Assembly: GCA_964016885.1 (NCBI GenBank)
Contig: OZ024764.1
Coordinates: forward strand, 14,570,001 to 14,634,000
From: Eledone cirrhosa
Taxonomy: Eukaryota
Reading direction: 5' to 3'
Length of the DNA: 64,000 nucleotides
Made by a program: the position numbers and the translations under genes. Below, piece by piece: positions 26,612 to 38,830 of the stretch (the first letter of the stretch is position 1; each line of letters starts with the position of its first letter). The notes below the pieces were generated by a model. The model worked only from the letters and a program-made list of their open reading frames with translations. It had not been told where the DNA came from and did no database searches.

Positions 26612-27060
26612 ATATCTATCTATCTATCTAAGGCGGGTAAAATTCTCGAGATCCATGGACGAGTTCTCTCCAGCGGTCTCTGTCCCTCATTATCGCTGCC
26701 ATATCCTGCATCTCCAACAGACCAGTGTCTGTCCTTAGGGCATCAACATATGTTAACCTTGGTCTTCCTCTTCTAGTGTGTCCATGTAGGGGCTCCCAAA
26801 GGAGCACTGAGTGCAGTGTCAACTCTGGATGTCGGTGAGCATGTCCAGCCAACCTCAGTCTCCTCTGTGTCACTTTTGAGCTGACTTTTGGGATGCTCCC
26901 ATACAGCTCTGAGTTCTTCATCCTCAGTGTATACTGATTAATGTTCAGAGCCATCCTCAGCATTCTCGTGTAGCACCCATCCACCATCTGAGTGAGTCTC
27001 TTGGTCAGTGTCCAAGTCTCAGACCCATACAGCAGCACAGACTCCACTACAGCAATGAAG
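26612..27060 (-). mobile_element. RTE-clade LINE 3' end (5'-truncated)
   Basis: ESVLLYGSETWTLTK...RRLRLAGH..RH...LLWEP..G.TRRGRPRLTY...DRDRWR is a typical RTE C-terminus; (TAGA)n tail. The same 3' end occurs at 1-30 on +. Confidence 0.92.
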
Positions 27061-27091
<31 letters not shown>

Positions 27092-27097
27092 AATAAC

Positions 27098-27285
27098 AGG
27101 CGGTGGATTGGCAGTATCGGTAGAGGGTCGGATGCCATGCTTTCCAGCATAGTTACGTCCCTTAACGATCTGAGTTCAAATCCCGCTGAGGTTAACTTTG
27201 CCTTTCATCCTTACGGGGTCGATAAAATAAAGTACCAGTAATGCACTGGGTAATTGCTGGCCTTGTGCCAAAAAGTAGAAATAAT
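27098..27285 (+). mobile_element. tRNA-derived SINE (Meta-domain-like)
   Basis: tggcagtatcggtagag (A box), gagttcaaatcc (B box), ctttgcctttcatccttacggggtcgataaaataaagtacc; many copies (near 2800, 30430, 32720, 46490). Confidence 0.85.
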
Positions 27286-27501
27286 TATAAAATAACAGGA
27301 GGCTGGACTGGTGTAATTCCTTAACAGTTTTATTATACTATGATCATTTCAATGACCGGGTTCAGTATGAATCCGGTGACATCATCAGGTATTCGAAATA
27401 TAACAAAGGAATATAATAGACAAAATCCATGGGGCTGAAAATCAGAGACATGATTGACCATATGGAATGACCAGTTCCATCTAGTGGTGAAGCAACAAAC
27501 T

Positions 27502-27573
<72 letters not shown>

Positions 27574-27578
<5 letters not shown>

Positions 27579-27758
27579 AAGGAATTGGGGTAAGGAACCA
27601 AATGAACCATAACACACCAGAGTACTCAATACTTAGGGTAGTAGAGTGGGAAATAGGAAAAAGTATGACCCCGACGGCAGAGCTCAAGCCATTTCGACGG
27701 CTATTTCAGAAATAGCCGTCGAAACGGCTTGAGCTCTGCCGTCGGGGTCAAACTTTTT

Positions 27759-27762
<4 letters not shown>
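27574..27762. mobile_element. TA-flanked foldback repeat, probable Penelope-like tail
   Basis: Hairpin gaccccgacggcagagctcaagcc...ggcttgagctctgccgtcggggtc; related copies near 28046-28232, 45728-45938, 55707-55812 and 63311-63452. Confidence 0.7.
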
Positions 27763-27800
<38 letters not shown>

Positions 27801-27882
27801 CAAAGGGATATACTATCCAGGTAAAACTTGAACCGTTAAGGTCTCATTCCTGGATATGTCAATATTTATAAAACAAACTTTG

Positions 27883-27943
27883 TATTTTATCTGATGAGGG
27901 CGTACCAAAGTTTTGGTACCCTTGAAATATATATAATAGAATA
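27883..27943 (+). ncRNA. Minimal type I hammerhead ribozyme
   Basis: TATTTTAT-CTGATGA-GGGCGTACCAAA gt TTTGGTACCCTT-GAAA-TATATA-TA-ATAGAATA. Confidence 0.78.
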
Positions 27944-27986
27944 AATATGGTTTTATAAATATAGTTTCTATTTATTAATATCATTG

Positions 27987-28020
<34 letters not shown>

Positions 28021-28226
28021 CCGTTATATATATATATCTATATATAACAAAGGAATTGTGGTAAGGAACCAGATGGACCATAACGCACCAGAGTACTCAA
28101 TACTTAGGGTAGTAAAGTGGGTAATAGGAAAATGTATGACCCCGACGGCAGGGCTCAAGCCATTTCGATGGCTATTTCAGAAATAGCCGTCGAAACGGCT
28201 TGATCTCTGCCGTCGGGGTCACACAT

Positions 28227-28266
<40 letters not shown>

Positions 28267-28269
<3 letters not shown>

Positions 28270-29558
28270 GTTATGCAAGAAATGCTTAGGATTATCCTGG
28301 CTGCAGTAATGGTTAATTACTACACTGGATAGAGTTGACGTACGGTGAGGGGTTACTCAACGAGTTATGGAAGAATAGTTGAAGAAACTCAGTTCCTGAT
28401 CCTTCTGTATTCCGGAGTGTAGATAAAGAATGAATAATAACAGGTAGACATCATAAAAAGGTAATTTATTCTGTGTGCTTCCAAATGTTTCCACGGTGGT
28501 TATACAGCCTAGTTATGCTATGTGCAAATTTATAACTATTTGCAAAACTCAATTATCAAATGCTGTGACCACTGTTTCCTCAGAGCAGAATGGTTAAAAT
28601 GTAAAATGTAAATACCCTTAAGTGAGGTTATTGAGGAAGATAGAGTAGAAAAGAAGGGAAGAGGGAGAGAGAGAGAGATATGCTTGGGTTGGAGAAATGG
28701 GAGAGAGTGGTTTGTAGAATACAGATATCTTAATCAAAATGTTGTGGTAGGGGTTTTATTATACTGGTTACTCTCAAAGCGACAACCTTAAGCTTGATAG
28801 TTAAGGTTGGAATTATTTATTGCCACAGAGGGCAGGTTCATAGATGTGGAGAGGGAGGGAGGTGGGGCGAGAGATAGAGAGGGGACAGACAAAAGCTATG
28901 GGATGGGTGTACATCGAGTTCATAGTTGTAGGCTACAAAGTGCACTTAAGTGTCCATTTATAGTGATAAGCAGGGTACTGTCTTGTAGTGTGGGGGTGGG
29001 GGATATAGTTAAGAAGTTGTTATTGAGAGAAATTAGCGAGAAAGCAATGTTAAGTTATTTTATAGTGAGAGAATTTAGCCTTCAGTTTGTGGTTGCAGTA
29101 TAATGATCGTTCGATTCTGTCATTTAGTAATTTATTTTGGGATTTTAAGATGTAAAAGAGTTCAAGGTTACATAACCTGCAGTACTTCAATCCACTCCGA
29201 TATGCACTAGCGCTGGAAAGTATATCCCATTTCAAGGTGAACTGTTGGTTGCGTTCATGGAGTTGCCAGGTCTTATTGGCGAGTGTGATCACAAAACGGT
29301 GATTAGGATGTTTAATTGAGAATCGATGACGATACCAGCGAGATTTACAGGAGGTAGTGGTAGACCCGATGTAATACCATTTCTGGTCGTTCGCTTTGAC
29401 AGTGCATTGATAAACAATGTTGGACTTTAGGCATTTATTCTTCAATGGACATCTTTCAGGTAGGTGGCAGTTACAGTTTTTATTGTGGGTAGCAGGTATA
29501 CCATGGATAGGTTAGGATAAATTACCTTTTTATGATGTCTACCTGTTATTATTCATTC

Positions 29559-29565
<7 letters not shown>
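28267..29565 (-). mobile_element. Penelope-like element 3' fragment (GIY-YIG endonuclease plus pLTR), Naiad-like
   Basis: Minus strand CNCHLPERCPLKNKCLKSNIVYQC...YYIGSTT...RWYRH...CRLCNLE...LLNDRIE...CNH; short inverted pLTR segment at 29519-29565; flanked by (TA)n. Confidence 0.85.
29050..29500 (-). pseudogene. Penelope-like GIY-YIG endonuclease domain, RT absent
   Basis: NIVY and YYIG motifs, catalytic R and E, LLN motif, CxCx5C linker. Confidence 0.85.
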
Positions 29566-29604
<39 letters not shown>

Positions 29605-29608
<4 letters not shown>

Positions 29609-30135
29609 GTATAGGATTATCCAAGATGTAGTGATGGTTAATTACTACACTGGATATGGTTGACGTACGGTAAGAGGTTACTCTACGAGTTATGGAAGAA
29701 TTGTTCAAGAAACTTAGTTCCTGATCCTTCAGTATTCCGGAGTGTATATAAAGAATGAATAATAACAGGTAGACATCATAAAAAGGTAAAACAATAAAAC
29801 CCCTACCATAACATTTTGATTAAGATATCTACAAGCCACTCTCTCCTACTTCTCCAACCCCTGCATATCTTTCCTTCTCTCTCCTTCTTCCCTACTTTTC
29901 TCTCTTCCTGTTCCACTCTATCTTCCCCAACAACCCCACTTAAGGGTTTTTACATTGTACATTTACCATTCTGCTCTGAGGAAACAGTGGTCACAGCATT
30001 GGATATTCGAGTTCTGCAAATACTTGTGAATTTGCACGTAGCGGAACTAGGCTGCAGTACCACCGTGGAAACACTTGTAAGCACACGGAATAAATTACCT
30101 TTTTATGATGTCTACCTGTTATTATTCATTCTTTA
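29605..30135. mobile_element. Penelope-like pLTR copy with inversion
   Basis: 29605-29790 repeats 28290-28465; 29790-30135 is the reverse complement of ~28420-28760. Confidence 0.8.
29968..30091 (+). ncRNA. Hammerhead with ~85-nt stem II inside a Penelope-like pLTR
   Basis: TGCT-CTGAGGA-aacaGTGGT...ACCACcgtg-GAAA-CACTTG-TA-AGCA; a mutated copy lies on the minus strand at 28468-28592. Confidence 0.65.
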
Positions 30136-31155
30136 TATATATATATATATATATGTGTATATTCTTTGCACATTATTCCTGAGAGGGTTTGGGGGGCAGA
30201 TTCCTTAAACACTCCTTCTAGCAGGTACTATCAGAAGCAACTGTCTCCAACTGATACATTTGGATCTCCATGCGAGACCAGTCAAGCTTATGGATGTGAT
30301 ACGACCATCTTACTCGAGGTCTACCCCTGGGTTTCCTGCCAGTTGGTTTTGCTCGTAAAATCTGTCCAGCGATTCTCTCCTGAGACATTCTAACCACATG
30401 TTCATAGTATCATCCTCATATTATTATGAGGGTGGACGCCATGCTTTCTAGCATAGTTACGTCCCTTTACAGTCTGAGTTCAAATCCCGCCGAGGTTAAC
30501 TTTGCCTTTCATCCTTACGGGGTCGATAAAATAAAGTACCAGTAATGCACTGGGTAATTGCTGGCCTTGTGCCAATAGTAGAAACAATTATTGCGGGGTA
30601 GATAAAATAAAGTACCAGTAATGCACTGGGTAATTGCTGGCCTTGTGCCAAAAGTAGAAACAATTATTGCGGGGTAGATAAAATAAAGTACCAGTAATGC
30701 ACTGGGTAATTGCTGGCCTTGTGCCTAAAGTAGAAACAATTATTATGAGGATGGTCAATTAGCAGAAGTCAGTAGAGCATCAGATAACATACTTTGCAGC
30801 ATAGAGTTATGTCCTTTTATGTTCTGAATTCAAATCCTACTCCACAAAAAATTGTTGGCCTTGTGCCTAAATCAGAAACCATTTTTTTTTTTTTTTTTTG
30901 TTTCATTTGTTTACTATGTACCGTTGCTCTAGCTGTGCCTTGCCTTTCTTTAGTTAAGGGCCAAGCATGTAGGTTGCAATATATAGTTACATTCTAGGTT
31001 CAAATCTTGCCGAGGTTAGCTTTGCCTTTCATCTTTACGAGTTCGCTAAAATAAAATACCTGTAATGCACTGGGGATGGGTAAAATCAGAAACCATTATT
31101 ATCATTGTTGTTTCATTTATTTACGATGTTATCATTGCTCCAGCTGTGCCTTTTA

Positions 31156-31504
31156 TTGCAAGGGTCAACTGAAAAGTTCATAGGCTGACCAAGATACTCT
31201 CATGGAATGACCAAATGAGGTTTATTTTTCAACATAGTTCTGGAAAGAAACACAATGTAGTTATTAATAAGAAGAATTGAAATTAATACATGCAAGATTT
31301 CACAGCTCTAGCATCACCCCTTGATAGGCTGACCAAGATACTCTCATGGAATGACCAAATGAGGTTTATTTTTCAACATAGTTCTGGAAAGAAACACAAT
31401 GTAGTTATTAATAAGAAGAATTGAAATTAATACATGCAAGATTTCACAGCCCTAGCATCACTCCTTTAAAGTCAGTCTATGAACTTTTTTCAGCCGACCC
31501 TTGT
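31156..31504. mobile_element. Mariner-type MITE with a two-unit internal duplication
   Basis: TIRs caagggtcaactgaaaagttcatagg and ctatgaacttttttcagccgacccttg. Confidence 0.75.
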
Positions 31505-31743
31505 TTATATTATCTTACTTCATTTAAACCAGTTCACTCTATAGTTAAATATATTTACCACTTTGCCTTTGCTTTTCTCTCTCTCCCCTCCCTCTTCCCC
31601 TCCTCGGCCTGTCCCCCACCCTGACCGGTGGGGGGGAGACGTTGGGGGGTAGGGAAAAGGGGGTTTACTACTTCACCACACATCTAACTTGCTTTTTTTG
31701 TCTTGTTTTTTTTTTTTTTTGTTTTTTTTTTCTGCCTTTCTAG

Positions 31744-31790
31744 CATTTGGACACCGGACCTTCGACTGTGATGTGGACGAGACGTTTTGA
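31744..31790 (+). CDS. CLIP1: CLIP1-family canonical terminal coding exon
   Basis: Long poly-T tract plus ttctag acceptor. Phase 1 gives (A)FGHRTFDCDVDETF*, completing the second CCHC knuckle and the acidic-aromatic ETF end typical of CLIP-170. Confidence 0.93.
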
Positions 31791-32890
31791 GCCTTCAGTC
31801 CCCACCCCCGCCACCTCTTTTTATTATTATTGTTGTCCCACCCCCACCCCCCTCTCTCTCTCTTTTTCTCTCTCTCCTGGTCCTGTAGCCTCCTCCACCA
31901 CACCACCCAGTTTCTGTCATCTCCTACCACCCACCCACCCCCATCACCTTCCTTCACACACACGTTTTTTCGACCCCTCTAACCACCAACCCTCCCCATC
32001 TCTCTTTTTTTTTTTTCTTTTGTTTTTTTTTTTCCTCCAGGCCAGGAAAAAAAAAGAAAAAAAACTCCGCCCAGCCAATCCCTGCAGGCCCTTCCTCCCC
32101 TCATACTCCTCCACCGCTGCCCACTACACCCCTTCTCCATCACTTAAGCCCCCCCCGCCCATAATCATCACCACCACCACCACCCACACCTCTCCTCTGC
32201 TTCTCTTTATCTCCCCCCCCCCTCCATGAGAGTAAAAAAAAAAGATTTCAACCTGGTCACCTCATACCTTCCGCCCCACGCCATCCCCTGCCTCCAGATT
32301 CCATCCAACCAACCCCCCCCCGCCCCGGCCCACTATACACCCCCACCCCCTCCCACTTCATCACCTAAGTGTCCCTCCCCCACCCACACACCCTACACCC
32401 CATCTCCACCGCCACCACCTAAATAAATGAATAATATACAAAAAGTTGTTTGTTTATTTTCCATAACTGCCTACAATAATAAAAATAATGAGACACAAAA
32501 CCCTGTTGCTGCATCACAGCTTCGTAACTCCGATACACAGACAATAACAACAATAATAACAATGAAAATTGTTTCTACTTTTGGCACAAGGCCAGCAAGT
32601 GCCCCAGTGTATTACTGGTACTTTTATTTTTATCCGGGTTCCCTCACACCCACCCGTAAAGATGAAAGGATGAAAGGCAAAGCTATTCCCGGTTGGAAGG
32701 GATTTGAACTGAGAACGTAAAAGGTGGAGCAGCTGACGCCATGCTCTGCAGCATAGAGTTGCGGCCCTTTGCGTTCTGAGTTCAAGTCCCGCTGGCTCAG
32801 GTTAGCTTTGCCTTTCATCCTTACGGGGTCGATAAAATAAAGTACCAGTAATGCACTGGGATAATTGCTGGCCTTGTGCCAAAAGTAGTA

Positions 32891-32922
<32 letters not shown>

Positions 32923-33124
32923 TACACTGTTGGCTGTATCAGCTCTATTCAAATTTTTTTTTTTTCTTTTTATATTTTTTTATAAATTTTATAAATTTAT
33001 AAATTTCCAAATTTTTTTTTTTCATTTCGCCCCTCCCCCCAGATTTTTTCCTCTCCCCATTTTTCTGGGGGGTGGAGGGCGCTGTTAAATTATTTCTTTC
33101 ATTCCTTTTCATTGTTTTGGTTTC

Positions 33125-33155
<31 letters not shown>

Positions 33156-33764
33156 GCGGGGTCTGGGAGGGGGTGTTGGTTCCTCTGTCACCGCCACCCC
33201 CACCACCCCCACCACCATCTACCTACAATTACTACTACTACTACTACTACTATCACTATTATTATTATTATTATAAATACTTCGACTACTCCTCTCCTCT
33301 CCACCACCTCCTCCTTCTTCACCACCTCCTCCTTCTTCACCACCACCACAACTACCACCACCTCCTCCTTCTTCACCACCACCACAACTACCACCACCTC
33401 CTCCTTCTTCACCACCACCACAACTACCACCACCTCCTCCTTCTTCACCACCACCACAACTACCACCACCACATCCTCCTCCTCCACTTTCGCTACATGG
33501 AGGTGTGTGTGGTAAGAAGGGAAGCGTTCGTCACTGTTTTTTTTTTTTTGGGGGGGGGGGGGGGGTGTCTTCCTTCCTCTTGCTAGTATCTCCTTCTTCT
33601 CCTCAACCACCCCCTTCCTCGTCTCCTCATCCATCATCTCTTTCCTCATCATCTCTTTCCTCATCATCCTCAGCCTCTCAAACTCTGCCTCATCCATTTC
33701 CAGTTTTGGTTGTACAGCAAAATAACCCTCACTTTTCATTCCAACTCACAGATATAAATCTATA

Positions 33765-33805
<41 letters not shown>

Positions 33806-33809
<4 letters not shown>

Positions 33810-34856
33810 ATCTAGGGTGGGTAAAATTCCCGAGATCCATGGACGAGTTCTCTCCAGCGGTCTCTGTCCCTCATTATAGCTGCCATGTCCTGCGTCTCCA
33901 ACAGACCAGTGTCTGTCCTTAGGGCATCAACATACGTCAACCTTGGTCTTCCCCTTCCAGTGTGTCCATGTAGGGGCTCCCACAGGAGCACTGAGTGCAG
34001 TGTCAACTCTGGATGTCGGTGAGCATGTCCAGCCAACCTCAGTCTCCTCTGTGTCACTTTCAAACTTTATATATATATATATATATCCTCGGTCTTCCCT
34101 CTTCCAGTGTGTCCATGTAGGGGCTCCCACAGGAGCACTGAGTGCAATGTCAACTCTGAATGTCGGTGAGCATGTCCAGCCAACCTCAGTCTCCTCTGTG
34201 TCACTTTCAAACTTTATATATATATATATATATCCTCGGTCTTCCCTCTTCCAGTGTGTCCATGTAGGGGCTCCCACAGGAGCACTGAGTGCAATGTCAA
34301 CTCTGAATGTCGGTGAGCATGTCCAGCTAACCTCAGTCTCCTCTGTGTCACTTTCAAACTTTATATATATATATATATATCCTCGGTCTTCCCTCTTCCA
34401 GTGTGTCCATGTAGGGGCTCCCACAGGAGCACTGAGTGCAATGTCAACTCTGAATGTCGGTGAGCATGTCCAGCTAACCTCAGTCTCCTCTGTGTCACTT
34501 TCAAACTTTATATATATATATATATATCCTCGGTCTTCCCTCTTCCAGTGTGTCCATGTAGGGGCTCCCACAGGAGCACTGAGTGCAATGTCAACTCTGG
34601 ATGTCGGTGAGCATGTCCAGCCAACCTCAGTCTCCTCTGTGTCACTTTCAAACTTTATATATATATATATATATCCTCGGTCTTCCCTCTTCCAGTGTGT
34701 CCATGTAGGGGCTCCCACAGGAGCACTGAGTGCAATGTCAACTCTGGATGTCGGTGAGCATGTCCAGCTAACCTCAGTCTCCTCTGTGTCACTCTCAAGC
34801 TGACTTTTGGGAGGCTCCCATACAGCTCTGAGTTTTTCATCCTCAGTGTATACTGA

Positions 34857-34860
<4 letters not shown>
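33806..34860 (-). mobile_element. RTE LINE 3' end with 147-bp internal tandem (~6x)
   Basis: Same family as 26612-27060; the unit includes a captured (TA)n run. Confidence 0.9.
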
Positions 34861-34905
<45 letters not shown>

Positions 34906-35210
34906 ATATATATAGGAAAAAGTTTAAGCCCAACGGCAGAGCTCGGGCCGTTTCGACCTATATTATTTATATATATATATATATAAATATATATATAGAT
35001 ATATGTGTAATACACAAACCCCTGTTGCTGCATCACAGCTTCATAACTTATATATATATTAGAAAGTGAGGTTTTTTTTACAAAATGAAAAATAACCGAG
35101 GTGTCCTACACGAGTGAAAGTATAAAGAAAAAAAGATGAAATCGAAAATGCAACTGGAGTCTTATTTTTAAAAATATATATATATTTATTTGGTTCCTTT
35201 ACTGGTTTCG

Positions 35211-35695
35211 CAGTTCTTCTGCTTTTCAAAAGTAGAGTTGAGATGGAGGGCCTGTGGTTTTCTCAGTTCTTCTGCTTTTCAAAAGTAGAGTTCAGATGGA
35301 GGGCCTGTGGTTTTTCTCAGTTCTTCTGCTTTTCAAAAGTAGAGTTCAGATGGAGGGCCTGTGGTTTTCTCAGTTCTTCTGCTTTTCAAAAGTAGAGTTG
35401 AGATGGAGGGTCTGTAGTTTTTCTCAGTTCTTCTGCTTTTCAAAAGTAGAGTTCAGATGGAGGGCCTGTGGTTTTTCTCAGTTCTTCTGCTTTTCAAAAG
35501 TAGAGTTCAGATGGAGGGCCTGTGGTTTTCTCAGTTCTTCTGCTTTTCAAAAGTAGAGTTGAGATGGAGGGTCTGTAGTTTTTCTCAGTTCTTCTGCTTT
35601 TCAAAAGTAGAGTTCAGATGGAGGGCCTGTGGTTTTTCTCAGTTCTTCTGCTTTTCAAAAGTAGAGTTCAGATGGAGGGCCTGTGGTTTTTCTCA
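35211..35695. repeat. ~58-59-bp tandem (~8x) inside a foldback element (35125-35832)
   Basis: Unit cagttcttctgcttttcaaaagtagagttcagatggagggcctgtggtttttct; the flanks are inverted copies of each other. Confidence 0.85.
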
Positions 35696-35841
35696 CATCT
35701 GAGAAAAACCACAGACCCTCCATCTCAACTCTACTTTTGAAAAGCAGAAGAACTGCGAAACCGGTATAGGAACCAAATAAATATTTTTTAAAATAAGACT
35801 CCAGTTGCATTTTCGATTTCATCTTTTTTTCTTTATTTATT

Positions 35842-35881
<40 letters not shown>

Positions 35882-36111
35882 TATATAAATAATATATAAC
35901 CTCTTCCAAACACCACCACCACCAATATTATTACTTCAACTACTATTGCCATGCCTGCAGCTCTCATACTCACACCTGCTAATCTGCCGAATTTGCTGCA
36001 AATGGGCTTGTAGGTTGGATACACTTCCTCCAACACAACCACCACCTTTAACATTTCTGCTACTACTATGACCAATCCCTAAAAACCTGCTGCTGTTTCG
36101 ATAATGCCATG

Positions 36112-37025
36112 CCCACAGCTGTCACACCCAAGGCTTTCACACCCACAGCTGTCACACCCAAGGCTTTCACACCAACAGCTGTCACACCCAAGGCTTTCAC
36201 ACCCACAGCTGTCACACCCAAGGCTTTCACACCCACAGCTTTCACACCCACAGCTGTCACGCCCACGGCTTTCACACCCACAGCTGTCACGCCCACGGCT
36301 TTCACAGCCACAGCTGTCACGCCCAAGGCTTTCACAGCCACAGCTGTCACGCCCACGGCTTTCACAGCCACAGCTGTCACGCCCAAGGCTTTCACAGCCA
36401 CAGCTGTCACGCCCAAGGCTTTCACAGCCACAGCCACAGCTGTCACGCCCAAGGCTTTCACAGCCACAGCTGTCACGCCCAAGGCTTTCACAGCCACAGC
36501 TGTCACGCCCAAGGCTTTCACAGCCACAGCTGTCACGCCCAAGGCTTTCACAGCCACAGCTGTCACGCCCACGGCTTTCACACCCACAGCTGTCACGCCC
36601 ACGGCTTTCACAGCCAAAGCTGTCACGCCCAAGGCTTTCACAGCCACAGCTGTCACGCCCACGGCTGTCACACCCACGACTGTCACGCCCACGACTGTCA
36701 CGCCCACGGCTGTCACGCCCAAGGCTGTCACGCCCACGGCTTTCACAGCCACGGCTGTCACGCCCACGACTGTCACGCCCACGGCTGTCACGCCCACGGC
36801 TGTCACGCCCACGGCTGTCACAGCCACGGCTGTCACGCCCACGGCTGTCACGCCCACAGCTGTCACGCCCACAGCTGTCACGCCCAAGGCTGTCACGCCC
36901 ACGGCTGTCACGCCCACAGCTGTCACGCCCAAGGCTGTCACGCCCACGGCTGTCACGCCCACGGCTGTCACGCCCACAGCTGTCACGCCACGGCTGTCAC
37001 GCCCACGGCTGTCACGCCCACACCT
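36112..37025. repeat. 15/30-bp GC-rich minisatellite
   Basis: acagctgtcacgccc and aaggctttcacagcc units, with a gradient of variants along the array. Confidence 0.9.
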
Positions 37026-37244
37026 GTCATGCCACTAAGTTGTTATGCTCACAGTTGACACACTCACAATTGATGCAGAGGTCTGCCACCCCCTCACATG
37101 GAGCCCCACCATCTCACATGGAGCCCCACCCCCTCACATGGTGCCCCACCCCCTCACATGGTGCCCCACCCCCGGCTCTGATCCTCCTTCCAGGCTTACT
37201 CTTCTGCATTCTTCGTCTTCTTCCAATGATCTCTTTTACCTTAC

Positions 37245-38830
37245 TCTCTCTCTCTCTACCTCTCTCTCTACCTCTCTCACTCTACCTCTCACTCTACCTC
37301 TCTCTCTACCTCTCTCACTCTACCTCTCTCTCTACCTCTCTCACTCTACCTCTCTCTCTACCTCTCTCTCTCTACCTCTCTCACTCTACCTCTCTCTCTC
37401 TACCTCTCTCACTCTACCTCTCTCTCTACCTCTCTCTCTCTACCTCTCTCACTCTACCTCTCTCTCTACCTCTCTCTCTACCTCTCTCTCTACCTCTCTC
37501 TCTACCTCTCTCACTCTACCTCTCACTCTACCTCTCACTCTACCTCTCTCTCTACCTCTCTCGCTCTACCTCTCTCGCTCTACCTCTCTCACTCTACCTC
37601 TCACTCTACCTCTCTCTCTCTACCTCTCTCTCTACCTCTCTCACTCTACCTCTCTCTCTCTCTACCTCTCTCACTCTACCTCTCTCGCTCTACCTCTCTC
37701 TCTCTACCTCTCTCTCTCTCTCTCTCTCTCTACCTCTCTCTCTCTACCTCTCTCACTCTACCTCTCACTCTACCTCTCACTCTACCTCTCACTCTACCTC
37801 TCTCTCTACCTCTCTCGCTCTACCTCTCTCGCTCTACCTCTCTCTCTACCTCTCTCACTCTACCTCTCTCTCTACCTCTCTCACTCTACCTCTCACTCTA
37901 CCTCTCTCTCTCTACCTCTCTCACTCTACCTCTCTCTCTCTCTACCTCTCTCACTCTACCTCTCTCTCTCTCTACCTCTCTCACTCTACCTCTCTCGCTC
38001 TACCTCTCTCTCTCTACCTCTCTCTCTCTCTCTCTCTACCTCTCTCTCTCTACCTCTCTCTCTACCTCTCTCACTCTACCTCTCTCACTCTACCTCTCTC
38101 TCTCTACCTCTCTCTCTCTACCTCTCTCTCTCTACCTCTCTCTCTCTACCTCTCTCGCTCTACCTCTCACTCTACCTCTCTCTCTCTACCTCTCTCTCTC
38201 TCTCTACCTCTCTCACTCTACCTCTCTCTCTCTCTCTACCTCTCTCACTCTACCTCTCTCGCTCTACCTCTCTCTCTCTACCTCTCTACCTCTCTCTCTC
38301 TACCTCTCTCTCTACCTCTCTCTCTCTACCTCACTCTCTACCTCTCTCTCTACCTCTCTCTCTACCTCTCTCTCTCTACCTCTCTCTCTACCTCACTCAC
38401 TCTCTCTACCTCACTCTCTCTACCTCTCTCTCTCTACCTCTCTCACTCTACCTCTCTCTCTCTACCTCTACCTCTCTCTCTCTACCTCTCTCTCTTTACC
38501 TCTCTGTCACTCTACCTCTCTCTCTCTACCTCTCTCTCTCTACCTCTCTGTCACTCTCTCTCTCTACCTCTCTCACTCTACCTCTCTCTACCTCTCTCTC
38601 TACCTCTCACTCTACCTCTCTCTCTCTACCTCTCTCTCTCTACCTCTCTCACTCTACCTCTCTCTCTACCTCTACCTCTCTCTCTCTACCTGTCTCACTC
38701 TACCTCTCTCACTCTACCTCTCTCTTTACCTCTCTCACTCTACCTCTCTCTCTCTACCTCTCTCTCTACCTCTCTCTCTACCTCTTTACCTCTCTCTCTA
38801 CCTCACTCTGTCACTCTCTCTCTCTCTCAC
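37245..38830. repeat. Polypyrimidine (CT)n-AC compound microsatellite
   Basis: ctctctctac units over ~1.6 kb. Confidence 0.95.
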
